Assembly: GCA_044223005.1 (NCBI GenBank)
Contig: JBGAML010000009.1
Location: 64,001-128,000, forward strand
Length of the DNA: 64,000 nucleotides
Source of the DNA: Candidatus Eiseniibacteriota bacterium
Lineage (GTDB): Bacteria > Eisenbacteria > RBG-16-71-46
Reading direction: 5' to 3'
The position numbers and the translations under genes are program-made. Each line of letters begins with the position of its first letter. Position 1 is the stretch's first letter. Under the pieces are notes generated by a model that was not told the DNA's origin, ran no database searches, and saw only the letters and a list, made by a program, of their open reading frames with translations. Of this stretch, positions 22,634-31,190 are shown piece by piece.

Positions 22634-24462
22634 TCGTCGCCGGGATCGTCGCGGCGGTGCTGCTCGGCCTGCTGCTCTGGCGCGTCGCCGTCGCGCGCCG
22701 TCGCGACGACGCGCACGCCGCCACGCGCGACGCCGCCGAGTTGCTCACCGCCGCGCTCGCCGAGGAGGATCCGGTGCGGCGCGTGGAGCGCCTGCGCGAG
22801 GCGATCGCGGCGGGCGAGAAGCTGGCCGGCGCGCAGGGCGAGGTCGTGGTGATGGAAGCCTCGCTCCACCTGGGCGAGAAGCTGCGCGCGCTGGGCCGCC
22901 GCGACGAGGCGATGGAGCATTTCGGCCGCGCGGTCGAACGCTCGTTCCGCGTCGGCGATCCACTCGGGCGCCAGCGGCGCGCGGGCGTGCTGTCGCGGCT
23001 CGCGATCCTCGACCAGGAGTCGGGCAACGTCGCGCGCGCGCGCCAGCGCTACCTCGAGGCGCTCGATCTCGGCAGCGATACCGATTCGGCGCTGCTGCTG
23101 GGCATGCTGACGCAGGCGGCGTTCAACCTCGGCCTGCTCGACACCGACGGCGGCGACGAGGACGCGGCGCGCGTGGCGTGGGAGCGGGCGATCGTGCTGG
23201 GCGAGCGGACCGGGCACCCGAGCGGCTGGGACCCGGCGGCGGTCGCGGCGTTCAACCTCGGCCACCTGTTCGTGCGCCGCGGCGAGATCGACCGCGCGCG
23301 CGCGCTGCTCGAACAGGCGGGGCGCCTCGCCGAACCCTCCGGCACGCCGCTCGGGCTGATGGCGGCGGCCAAGTCGGAGCTGGCGCTGGGCGGCCTCGCG
23401 GCGGCGAACGGGATCTTCGGCGAGGCCGAAGCGGCGCGGCACTACGAGCGGGCGCTGCGATTGGGCGCCGCGAGCGCGCTGCCCGAGGCGGCGTTCGCCG
23501 CGGTGCAGGGCGCGCTCGCGCTGGGCGAGATGGCCGTGGGCGCGGGCCGCTGGCCGGAAGCGGTGGCGCACTTCCGCGAGGCCGTGGCGGTGGCGCCGCG
23601 GGCCGGCGAGTCGGGCGTGCGCTTCGCCGTGCTGGCCGCGCTGCGGCTCGGGCAGTCGCTCGCGGAATCGGGCGTGCGCGAGGAAGCGGACGTGCAGCTG
23701 GCGGCGGCGTTCGACGCCGGTCGCGGCTCCGACGAGGAATGGGTGCGCGAGCTGGCGGCGCAGGCCGCGTGCACGCGGCACCGCGTGCTGTGCGCGCTCG
23801 AGCGCTGGGACGACGCGGCGGATCTCGCGGTCACCGCCGAGACGTTCGCGCGCACGCTCGAATCGCCCACGGGCCGCGCGCTCGCGGCGGCGGGGCACTA
23901 CGCCCGCGCGTTCCAGGTGATGCACGCCGGCGATTCGGTGCGCGCGCGGGAGATGCTGGCCGAGGTGGCCGACGAGGCGTTCGCGACCGAGACCGACGTC
24001 GGCGAGCGCGTGGGGCTCGACGCGCTGCTGCTGCAGGGCCACCTGGAGCGGCGCGCCGAGCGCACCCCCGCGGCGCTCGAGGTGTTCCAGCGGGCGGCGC
24101 GGCGGCTGCGTGATTCGTCGTCGGCCGAGACCGCCGGACTCGCGGCGATGGCCGAGGTCAACGCGGGCCACTGCCTGCTCGCGCTCGAGCGCCGGCTCGA
24201 AGCCACGCACGCGTACGAGCGCGCGCTGGCGCGCGGCCGCACGAGCGGCTCCGCCGGCGGCCGCGCCGCGGCGTCGAACGCGGCGCTCAACCTCGCGTCG
24301 GTGCAGGTCGACGAGTGGCCGGAAGCGCGCCGCCGCGAGATGTACGGCGTCGCGATCGCGCTCGGACGCTCGAGCGGCACGCCGCTCGGCGCCACGTGCG
24401 CGCAGGCCGCGGAACGCGCGTTGCGCGGCGGGGACGAGGACGGCGTGGAGGACGAGAGCTAG
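22630..24462 (+). CDS. Membrane-anchored TPR-like alpha-helical repeat protein
   Basis: N-terminal TM (IVAGIVAAVLLGLLLW) and repeated AAFNLG / ALRLG / ALNLA helices. GTGA overlap with coaE. Confidence 0.7.
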   Translation: MIVAGIVAAVLLGLLLWRVAVARRRDDAHAATRDAAELLTAALAEEDPVRRVERLREAIAAGEKLAGAQGEVVVMEASLHLGEKLRALGRRDEAMEHFGRAVERSFRVGDPLGRQRRAGVLSRLAILDQESGNVARARQRYLEALDLGSDTDSALLLGMLTQAAFNLGLLDTDGGDEDAARVAWERAIVLGERTGHPSGWDPAAVAAFNLGHLFVRRGEIDRARALLEQAGRLAEPSGTPLGLMAAAKSELALGGLAAANGIFGEAEAARHYERALRLGAASALPEAAFAAVQGALALGEMAVGAGRWPEAVAHFREAVAVAPRAGESGVRFAVLAALRLGQSLAESGVREEADVQLAAAFDAGRGSDEEWVRELAAQAACTRHRVLCALERWDDAADLAVTAETFARTLESPTGRALAAAGHYARAFQVMHAGDSVRAREMLAEVADEAFATETDVGERVGLDALLLQGHLERRAERTPAALEVFQRAARRLRDSSSAETAGLAAMAEVNAGHCLLALERRLEATHAYERALARGRTSGSAGGRAAASNAALNLASVQVDEWPEARRREMYGVAIALGRSSGTPLGATCAQAAERALRGGDEDGVEDES

Positions 24463-25001
24463 GCGCCCGCGCCCGGGGGCAGCAGCATGTCCTCGAAGAA
24501 GAAGGCGGCGAGCTCGGCGCGGCCGCGCAGTCCCGACTTGCGGTACACGGCCACCGCGTGCTGGCGCACGGTGCGCTCGCTGCGCCCGGTCAGCTGCGCG
24601 ACCTCCTTGTGGCTGTAGCCCTTGAGCAGGAAGAGCGCGGTCTCGCGCTCGGCGGGCGTCAGCGACCACGTCCCGAACTGCGCGTCCATCGCTTCGCCGA
24701 GCCCGCGCAGCGCCTCCTGCGCGCGGGCGCGCCAGGCGTCCCGTTCGGCGGTGTGCTCGGCCAGCGCGGCGCGCGTGTCGGCGAGCGTGGCCTCCGCCTC
24801 GCCCCAGCCGCGCCAGAGCAGGACCGCCGCGGTCGAGCCGAGCAGGACGAGCGCGAGTTCGACCGCGAGGTGCGCCGGCCGCGATTCGCGCGGGGAATCC
24901 GTGACCAGGTCCCACGCGCCGAGCAGCACGGTCACGAGCAGCAGTACCGCGACACGGCGCCGGGCGGGGAAGGCGGGTATGCGGGAACGGGCCTGAGTCA
25001 T
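24459..25001 (-). CDS. Membrane-bound LuxR-family transcriptional regulator
   Basis: Two N-terminal TM helices, a coiled coil, then LTPAERETALFLLKGYSHKEVA...SERTVRQH..AVYRK HTH. Confidence 0.88.
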   Translation of the reverse strand: MTQARSRIPAFPARRRVAVLLLVTVLLGAWDLVTDSPRESRPAHLAVELALVLLGSTAAVLLWRGWGEAEATLADTRAALAEHTAERDAWRARAQEALRGLGEAMDAQFGTWSLTPAERETALFLLKGYSHKEVAQLTGRSERTVRQHAVAVYRKSGLRGRAELAAFFFEDMLLPPGAGA

Positions 25002-25040
25002 TTGCCGGATCCTCGGTCGGACAACGACTTACGGGGGCAC

Positions 25041-25060
25041 CATACGGCATGTGCCCGATG
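25041..25060. promoter_or_regulatory. Imperfect 20-bp dyad (candidate LuxR operator) abutting a -35 box
   Basis: CATACGGCATGTGCCCGATG (14/20 self-complementary), overlapping TGGACG-N17-GAGGCT upstream of the haem gene. Confidence 0.35.
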
Positions 25061-25180
25061 GACGGAACCACCCCTGCGGGCGAGGCTGATCGTGCAGGCG
25101 CCACGAGGCCGCGTGGCGACCGCGGTTGCGAACCCGTTCGCGGGACTCGCACTGCACAGACCCCCCGGAAGGAGCCCGAC

Positions 25181-25795
25181 ATGCCGTCGTCCCGCACGCT
25201 CACCCTCGCGCTGCTCGTCCCCGTCGCGATCGCGATCCTGATCCAGCTCGTGCCCTACGGTCACGACCACACGAACCCGCCCGCGGGCCGGCTCGTGCAG
25301 TGGGATTCGCCCCGCACGCAGGAACTCGCTCGCCGCGCCTGCTTCGACTGCCACAGCAACGAGACGAAGTGGCCCTGGTATTCGTCGATCGCCCCGATCT
25401 CGTGGCGGATCCAGACGCACGTGCGCGAGGGCCGCGAGAAGCTCGACTTCACGGCCTTCGACCCCGCGAACGAGGACGTCGCCGACGCGGCGGGCGAGGC
25501 CAGCGAGACGATCACCAAGGGCGAGATGCCGCCGTCGGACTACCTGCTCGCACATCCGGAAGCCCGGCTGACGCCGGAGGAGAAGCAGGCGCTCATGCGC
25601 GGGCTCGACGCGACGTTCGCGGCTTTCGGCGAGGGCGGCGAGAAGGGTGAAGGCGGCGCGGGCGGCGAAGGCGGCGAGCGGGGCGAGCGCGGTGAGGCCG
25701 GCGAGCGCGGCGCGCTCGCGCCCGCACGTGGCGACTCGCTCGCGGGTGCGCGCCGAGCGGCCGGCGAGCGTGACCGCGACGGGGACCGCGACTGA
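25181..25795 (+). CDS. Haem-binding (c-type cytochrome, Haem_bd-like) protein with Gly-X-Y tail
   Basis: N-terminal TM, RRACFDCHSNET.WPWYS (CxxCH) and GEMPPSDY (Met ligand). AAGGAG RBS before ATG 25181. Confidence 0.88.
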   Translation: MPSSRTLTLALLVPVAIAILIQLVPYGHDHTNPPAGRLVQWDSPRTQELARRACFDCHSNETKWPWYSSIAPISWRIQTHVREGREKLDFTAFDPANEDVADAAGEASETITKGEMPPSDYLLAHPEARLTPEEKQALMRGLDATFAAFGEGGEKGEGGAGGEGGERGERGEAGERGALAPARGDSLAGARRAAGERDRDGDRD

Positions 25796-25930
25796 CGGCA
25801 CGCGAGGCGCGGCGGTACCCGCGGGCCCCCGGCCCGGCGGTACCGCCGCGGCGGTTGCCCGCCACGGCGCGTTCCGCGTAAGGTGCCGGGTCGCACGTTC
25901 CGTCTCGACCCTCCGGAGAACACCCCCGCC

Positions 25931-27050
25931 ATGCTCACGTCCGCCGAACTGCGCAAGCGCCTCGAACCCACCTCGCAGAGCCTGGACGGGTTGCGGAGGT
26001 ATCTTTGACCTCGAAACGCTGACGGCCGAGGTCGCGGGCCTCGAAGCCCGCATGGCCGAACCGGGCTTCTGGGACAAGCCGGAGGAAGCGCAGCGCACCG
26101 TCGCGCGCATGAAGTCCGCCAAGCGGGCGATCGACGACTTCACGGCCCGCGACGCGTCACGCCGGAGCATCGCCGAACTGCTCGACATGGCCGAGGCCGA
26201 GAACGACCAGGGCATGCTGGCCGAGATCGAGCAGGAGATCGTCGCGCTCGAGAAGCACGTGGCCGATCTCGAGGTGCGCAGCCTGCTCAAGGGCGAGCAC
26301 GACCGGCTCGGTGCGATCGTGATCATCCATCCCGGCGCCGGCGGCACCGAGTCGCAGGACTGGGCCGAGATGCTCATGCGCATGTACCAGCGCTGGGCCG
26401 AACGCAGTGGCTACAAGGTCACGCTGCTCGACTACCAGGCGGGCGACGAGGCGGGCATCAAGGACGCGACGCTCGAGATCGACGGCGAGTACGCGTACGG
26501 CTACATCAAGGCCGAATCGGGCGTGCACCGGCTCGTGCGCATCTCGCCCTACGACGCGAACGCGCGCCGGCACACGTCGTTCTCGTCCATCACCGTGCTG
26601 CCCATGCTCGACGACACCATCAAGGTGGACATCGCGCCGGGCGACCTGCGCATCGACACGATGCGCGCCGGCGGCGCGGGTGGCCAGCACGTCAACAAGA
26701 CGGAATCCGCGGTCCGCATCACGCACCTGCCCACGGGACTCGTGGTGCAGTCGCAGGCGGAGCGCAGCCAGCACCGCAACAAGGACGCTGCGATGAAGAT
26801 CCTCATGGCGCGGCTGTTCGTGCTCAAGGAGGCCGAGGCCAAGGCCAAGACCGAGGCGCTCGCGGGCCCCAAGAAGGACATCGACTTCGGCAGCCAGATC
26901 CGCTCGTACGTGCTCCAGCCGTACACGATGGCCAACGACCACCGCACCGAAACCAAGATCCCGGACGTGCACGCCGTCCTCGACGGCCAGATCGATCCGT
27001 TCATCGACGCATGGCTGAAAGCGCAGCAGCCGGCGAAGGAGCGCTCATGA
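25931..27050 (+). CDS. prfB: Peptide chain release factor 2, with programmed +1 frameshift
   Basis: ORF1 [25 protein letters not shown] ends at GGAGG-TAT-CTT-TGA-C (TGA 26006-26008). The +1 frame continues DLETL... with [11 protein letters not shown] (SPF-type) and GGQHVN motifs. Confidence 0.96.
25995..26009 (+). promoter_or_regulatory. RF2 frameshift cassette (internal SD + CTT TGA C)
   Basis: GGAGGTATCTTTGAC matches the established prfB shift site. Confidence 0.93.
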
Positions 27051-28432
27051 TTCCCGGTCACATCTTCCGCGAGTACGACATCCGCGGCCTGCACGCCACC
27101 GAGCTCACCGACGAGACCGCCGAGGCGGTCGGCCGCGCGTTCGCGAGCGTGATCCGCCGCGAGGCGCAGGCCGCGGGCAACACCGGGCCGCGCGTTGCGA
27201 TCGGCCGCGACGTGCGCCCGAGCAGCGAACGGCTCGCCGCCGCCGCCGAGAAGGGCATGCTCGCGGCCGGCGTGAGCGTGGATCGCGTCGGCACGGTGCC
27301 GACGCCGGCGCTCTACTACGCGGTGTCCGCGCGCGGGCTCGACGGCGGCATGCAGATCACGGGCAGCCACAACCCGCCCGAGTTCAACGGCTTCAAGATG
27401 GCCAAGCGCAAGCTGCCGCTCTTCGGCGCCGAGATCCAGGGCATGAAGCAGATGATCCTCGCGCAGTCCTGGGAGAGCGGCTCGGGCAGCTGGACCGACC
27501 GGCCGATCCTCGACGACTACCGCGCGATGCTGGTGGAGCGCTGCAAGTCGCCCCGCGGCCTGCGCATCGTGATGGATTGCGGCAACGGCTGCGCCGGCAC
27601 CGTCGTGCCGCAGGTGTTCGAGCGCATGGGCCACACGGTGATTCCGCTCTACGCCGAGCTCGACGGCAACTTCCCGAACCACCTGCCGGACCCGACCGTG
27701 CCCGCGCTGCTCGTCGACCTGCAGAAGAAGGTGGCCGAGACCGGCGCCGACTTCGGCATCGGCTTCGACGGCGACGCCGACCGCATCGGCGCGATCACCG
27801 GCAGCGGCCGCATCGTCTGGGGTGACCAGCTGCTCGCGCTCTTCGCGCGCGACGTGCTGCAGCGCGTTCCGGGCGCGCCGATCATCTTCGACGTCAAGTG
27901 CTCGCAGGGCCTGATCGAGGACATCGCGGCGCACGGCGGCAAGCCCGTCATGTGGAAGACGGGCCACTCGCTCATCAAGAGCAAGCTGCAGGAAACGGGC
28001 GCGCCGATCGCGGGCGAGATGAGCGGCCACATGTTCTTCAGCGAAGGCTTCTTCGGCTTCGACGACGCGCTCTTCGCCGCCGGCCGCCTGCTGCGTTACG
28101 TCGCCGCGAGCGGGAAGTCGCTCGACGAACTGGTCGCGAGCATCCCGCAGTACCACTCGACGCCCGAGACGCGCCTCGCCTGCCCGGAGGAGAAGAAGTT
28201 CCAGATCCCCGAGGCGCTCAAGGCCGAGTTCGCGGCGAAGTACAAGGTGATCGACATCGACGGCGCCCGCGTCGAGTTCGGCGACGGCTGGGGCCTCGTG
28301 CGCGCCTCGAACACGCAGCCCGTGGTCGTCGTGCGCTTCGAGGCGCGGACGCCCGAGCGGCTCGCCGAGATCCAGGCGATGATGATGGGGCCGCTCGAGG
28401 CGCTGGGTGTCGGGGAGGCGATGGGCCACTGA
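27047..28432 (+). CDS. Phosphomannomutase/phosphoglucomutase (AlgC-like)
   Basis: [16 protein letters not shown] (phosphoserine), FDGDADR (metal), [14 protein letters not shown]. Confidence 0.95.
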   Translation: MIPGHIFREYDIRGLHATELTDETAEAVGRAFASVIRREAQAAGNTGPRVAIGRDVRPSSERLAAAAEKGMLAAGVSVDRVGTVPTPALYYAVSARGLDGGMQITGSHNPPEFNGFKMAKRKLPLFGAEIQGMKQMILAQSWESGSGSWTDRPILDDYRAMLVERCKSPRGLRIVMDCGNGCAGTVVPQVFERMGHTVIPLYAELDGNFPNHLPDPTVPALLVDLQKKVAETGADFGIGFDGDADRIGAITGSGRIVWGDQLLALFARDVLQRVPGAPIIFDVKCSQGLIEDIAAHGGKPVMWKTGHSLIKSKLQETGAPIAGEMSGHMFFSEGFFGFDDALFAAGRLLRYVAASGKSLDELVASIPQYHSTPETRLACPEEKKFQIPEALKAEFAAKYKVIDIDGARVEFGDGWGLVRASNTQPVVVVRFEARTPERLAEIQAMMMGPLEALGVGEAMGH

Positions 28433-29070
28433 GCGCGGACGCGTTCGGCTCGCCGCTGCCGCGGTCCTTCTACGCGCGCGACGCATGCGTCGTCGCGCGC
28501 GCGCTGCTCGGCCGCGTGCTCGTCTGCGACCTCGCGCGCACGCGCGTCGCGGGGCGCATCGTCGAGGTCGAGGCCTACCGCGGCGCGCACGATCCGGCCA
28601 GCCACGCGTTCCGCGGCCGGACGCCGCGCAACGTCGTGATGTTCGGCCCCGCCGGACACGCGTACGTCTACTTCACGTACGGCATGCACCACTGCCTGAA
28701 CGTGGTCTGCGGCCGCGAGGGCGTCGCCGCCGCGGTGCTCGTGCGCGCGCTCGAGCCGCTGGCGGGGGAGTCGCTGCTCGCGCGCCGGCGCGCCGGCGTG
28801 CCGCGCGAGCGCTGGCTGCGCGGTCCCGGCTGCGTCGCCGCCGGTCTCGGACTCTCCCGGGAGCACGACGGCACCGACCTGGTCGCGGGTGGGCTCTGGG
28901 TCTCGGCCGCGCCGCCGCGGCGGGAGGGCCGCCGCATCGCGACCGGTCCGCGGATCGGCATCCGCGTCGGGCTCGAGCGGCCGTGGCGATACTGGCTCCT
29001 CGGGCACCCTGCGGTATCGGGTCCGCGCACACCGAGTTCCGCGTTGACACCCGCGCGCGGGCGTCCCTAG
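28429..29070 (+). CDS. mpg: DNA-3-methyladenine glycosylase (MPG/AAG family); start uncertain
   Basis: [53 protein letters not shown]. No ATG/GTG/TTG before the conserved N-terminus; CTG 28429 proposed. Confidence 0.9.
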   Translation: MSADAFGSPLPRSFYARDACVVARALLGRVLVCDLARTRVAGRIVEVEAYRGAHDPASHAFRGRTPRNVVMFGPAGHAYVYFTYGMHHCLNVVCGREGVAAAVLVRALEPLAGESLLARRRAGVPRERWLRGPGCVAAGLGLSREHDGTDLVAGGLWVSAAPPRREGRRIATGPRIGIRVGLERPWRYWLLGHPAVSGPRTPSSALTPARGRP

Positions 29071-29073
29071 TAT
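29044..29073 (+). promoter_or_regulatory. Putative sigma70 promoter for the 29192 barrel gene
   Basis: TTGACA-N18-TAGTAT. Confidence 0.5.
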
Positions 29074-29191
29074 CGCGCCCTCGTGCTCCGCACAGTTCGT
29101 TGACCGTGCGCGCTTTCGCTTCTACGAGCGGGAGCGCTTTGGCGTGTCGACGTTCCCCAACATATCGAGAAGAACGGTGGAAAGGAGTGCT

Positions 29192-30808
29192 ATGAGGCCG
29201 TCGCGCAGGATTCTGGCGAAGGCGGTATTCCTCGCCTCGCTGGCCGGCGTGCTCGCCGCCGGTTCGGCCTTCGCGCAGTTCTACGATCCGGCGCTCACGA
29301 CGCTCGGTCTGTCGACCGACGTCGCTCGCAGCCCGCGCCTGCTCGGCATGGGCGGCCTGAGCCTCGCGGTGCCCGATCGCAACCAGAGCCTGACGCTCTG
29401 GGACTTCGCGGGGAGCCCGGTCGGGGCCTACGGCACCGACAGCTCGTCGACGATCGATCTCTGGCCGGGCTCCGGTTCGGCCGACGCGCTGGCGTACGGC
29501 GTGGATCATCCGGTCCGCCAGAACCTCGCGGGCCGGGCCACCGACGGCCGCTTCGAGGCCTTCCATCGCGACGCCGAAGGCACGGCCTGGGGCGTCGCCG
29601 GCGTCGTGCGCTCGCTCCGGCTCGACCAGCTCGCCTCGGCTTCGACCGAAGCGCGCCGCACGGTCGCGCTCCCGGAGGCCACGCCGCTCATCACCGGTCC
29701 GTTCCCGTACTTCGGAGGCGGCAAGCTCCACTACGCCGTGCGCTTCAACTTCTCGCGCGAGCACGTCGAGGACACGTACCTCGGCACCGTCAGCAACGCG
29801 GCGGGCGAGTTCATCGCGCTCGACGGCACGACGCTCACGCCGCCCAGCCTGTTCGACCCGGTCCAGTGGGACGTGCGCCGCGTCGGCATCGGCACGGCGT
29901 GGTCGTATCCCCTCGGCCGCAACGCGACGCTGGCGGCGGGGGTGGACGTCGACCAGAACCGCCTGCTCGGGACCAACGACCAGAAGAAGTCCTCGTCGCA
30001 GGTCAACGAGAAGCGCCCGGTGCGCACGTTCCAGGGAACGCTCGTGGGCAAGCTCGCGAAGAGCCTCGAGTACGGCTTCGACGATCGCTACTGGACGTCG
30101 TCGTCGCAGCAGAACTGGGTCATGTCCGTCTCGGCCGGCGTCGGCACCTACCCGCTCAATGGGCGCGGCAAGCTGCTCGAGCGCGAGGAGAAGGGCAACG
30201 CGTTCGCGGGCCAGATGCGCTGGACCCACGGTCCGGTCGTCTTCGGCGGACGCTACTGGACGCGTGCGGGGCAGGTGACGCTCACGCCTCCGGACGCGAA
30301 CGATCGCACGGCCTTCAACCTGTTCCTGAACCGCGTCTACCAGATCCCGACCGCCGACTCGCTCGCGCTGCCGGACAGCATCGTCGCCAACGAGACGAAG
30401 GAACGCTCGTTCGGTTACGGCTTCGGTGCGTCGTGGAAACTGTCGCAGCGGGCGCTGGCCGGGGCCGAGTACCACTGGGGCCGCCGGGCCTACTCGCAGG
30501 ATATCGCCGGCAGTGGTCCGAAGCCGATCCAGTGGGACTTCCGGGCGGGCCTCGAGTACCAGTGCAGCCCGATCGTCACCGGCCGGATCGGCGGTGGCTA
30601 CGGCTGGCGGGACGCCGACGACCTGACCGAGCACAACGAGTTCAAGTCGCAGATGGTCAGCCTCGGCCTGGGCCTCAAGCCGCCGGGCGCCAGCTACGGC
30701 GTGGACATCGGCTGGTCGATGACCTGGTCGCAGAACGATTTCGACGATCCGACCGGGCAGCACGGCAGCCATCAGCAGGTGCTCGCGCTGATCCACTGGG
30801 GGCTGTAG
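29192..30808 (+). CDS. Outer-membrane beta-barrel protein with FadL/PorV-like N-terminal hatch motif
   Basis: Signal peptide ending [13 protein letters not shown] motif, alternating amphipathic strands, C-terminal LIHWGL. AAGGAG RBS. Confidence 0.7.
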   Translation: MRPSRRILAKAVFLASLAGVLAAGSAFAQFYDPALTTLGLSTDVARSPRLLGMGGLSLAVPDRNQSLTLWDFAGSPVGAYGTDSSSTIDLWPGSGSADALAYGVDHPVRQNLAGRATDGRFEAFHRDAEGTAWGVAGVVRSLRLDQLASASTEARRTVALPEATPLITGPFPYFGGGKLHYAVRFNFSREHVEDTYLGTVSNAAGEFIALDGTTLTPPSLFDPVQWDVRRVGIGTAWSYPLGRNATLAAGVDVDQNRLLGTNDQKKSSSQVNEKRPVRTFQGTLVGKLAKSLEYGFDDRYWTSSSQQNWVMSVSAGVGTYPLNGRGKLLEREEKGNAFAGQMRWTHGPVVFGGRYWTRAGQVTLTPPDANDRTAFNLFLNRVYQIPTADSLALPDSIVANETKERSFGYGFGASWKLSQRALAGAEYHWGRRAYSQDIAGSGPKPIQWDFRAGLEYQCSPIVTGRIGGGYGWRDADDLTEHNEFKSQMVSLGLGLKPPGASYGVDIGWSMTWSQNDFDDPTGQHGSHQQVLALIHWGL

Positions 30809-30856
30809 GCGCCTTCGGGAATCGAGGCGCGTACGCGCGCGAAAGCTGTGGGGGAG

Positions 30857-30907
30857 AGCCCCGGCGAAAAAAATCGTTGACGTTTCGCCGGGGCTTTCCG
30901 ATAGTGT
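30857..30907 (+). promoter_or_regulatory. 13-bp inverted repeat enclosing a -35 box upstream of the TonB-dependent receptor
   Basis: AGCCCCGGCGAAA-(AAAATCGTTGACG)-TTTCGCCGGGGCT, then GATAGT 17 nt after TTGACG. Confidence 0.4.
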
Positions 30908-31190
30908 CCTTGACCGGGCGGTTCCGCCGCCCAGAGCGCGCGCCCTCTTCACCGGCGCCCTCGGCGTGTTGCCGCAGCATCGCACCGCCTCGTCCACCCG
31001 ACCGTGTGCGCTTCGAGTCGCATCGCGTCGCCTCCCACGCAGCAAGGGATCGGCGATCCGTTCGTGGAACTCGCGCTTCGCGAACGAGTTGAAGCCCGGA
31101 AATGCGTTGACACCTCGGTGTGAAGTTGGCACCTTGGGCGGGATTCTGCCAAGGACTCAACGTGTCGCTATCAGTGAGGGTCGTAGCCCC

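Noticed and set aside
29074..29191. Possible riboswitch in the 5' leader of the 29192 gene
   Set aside because: No recognisable aptamer consensus; cannot be supported without a covariance search.
31126..31145. TGGCAC as a sigma54 promoter for the TBDR
   Set aside because: No GC at the required GG-N10-GC spacing.
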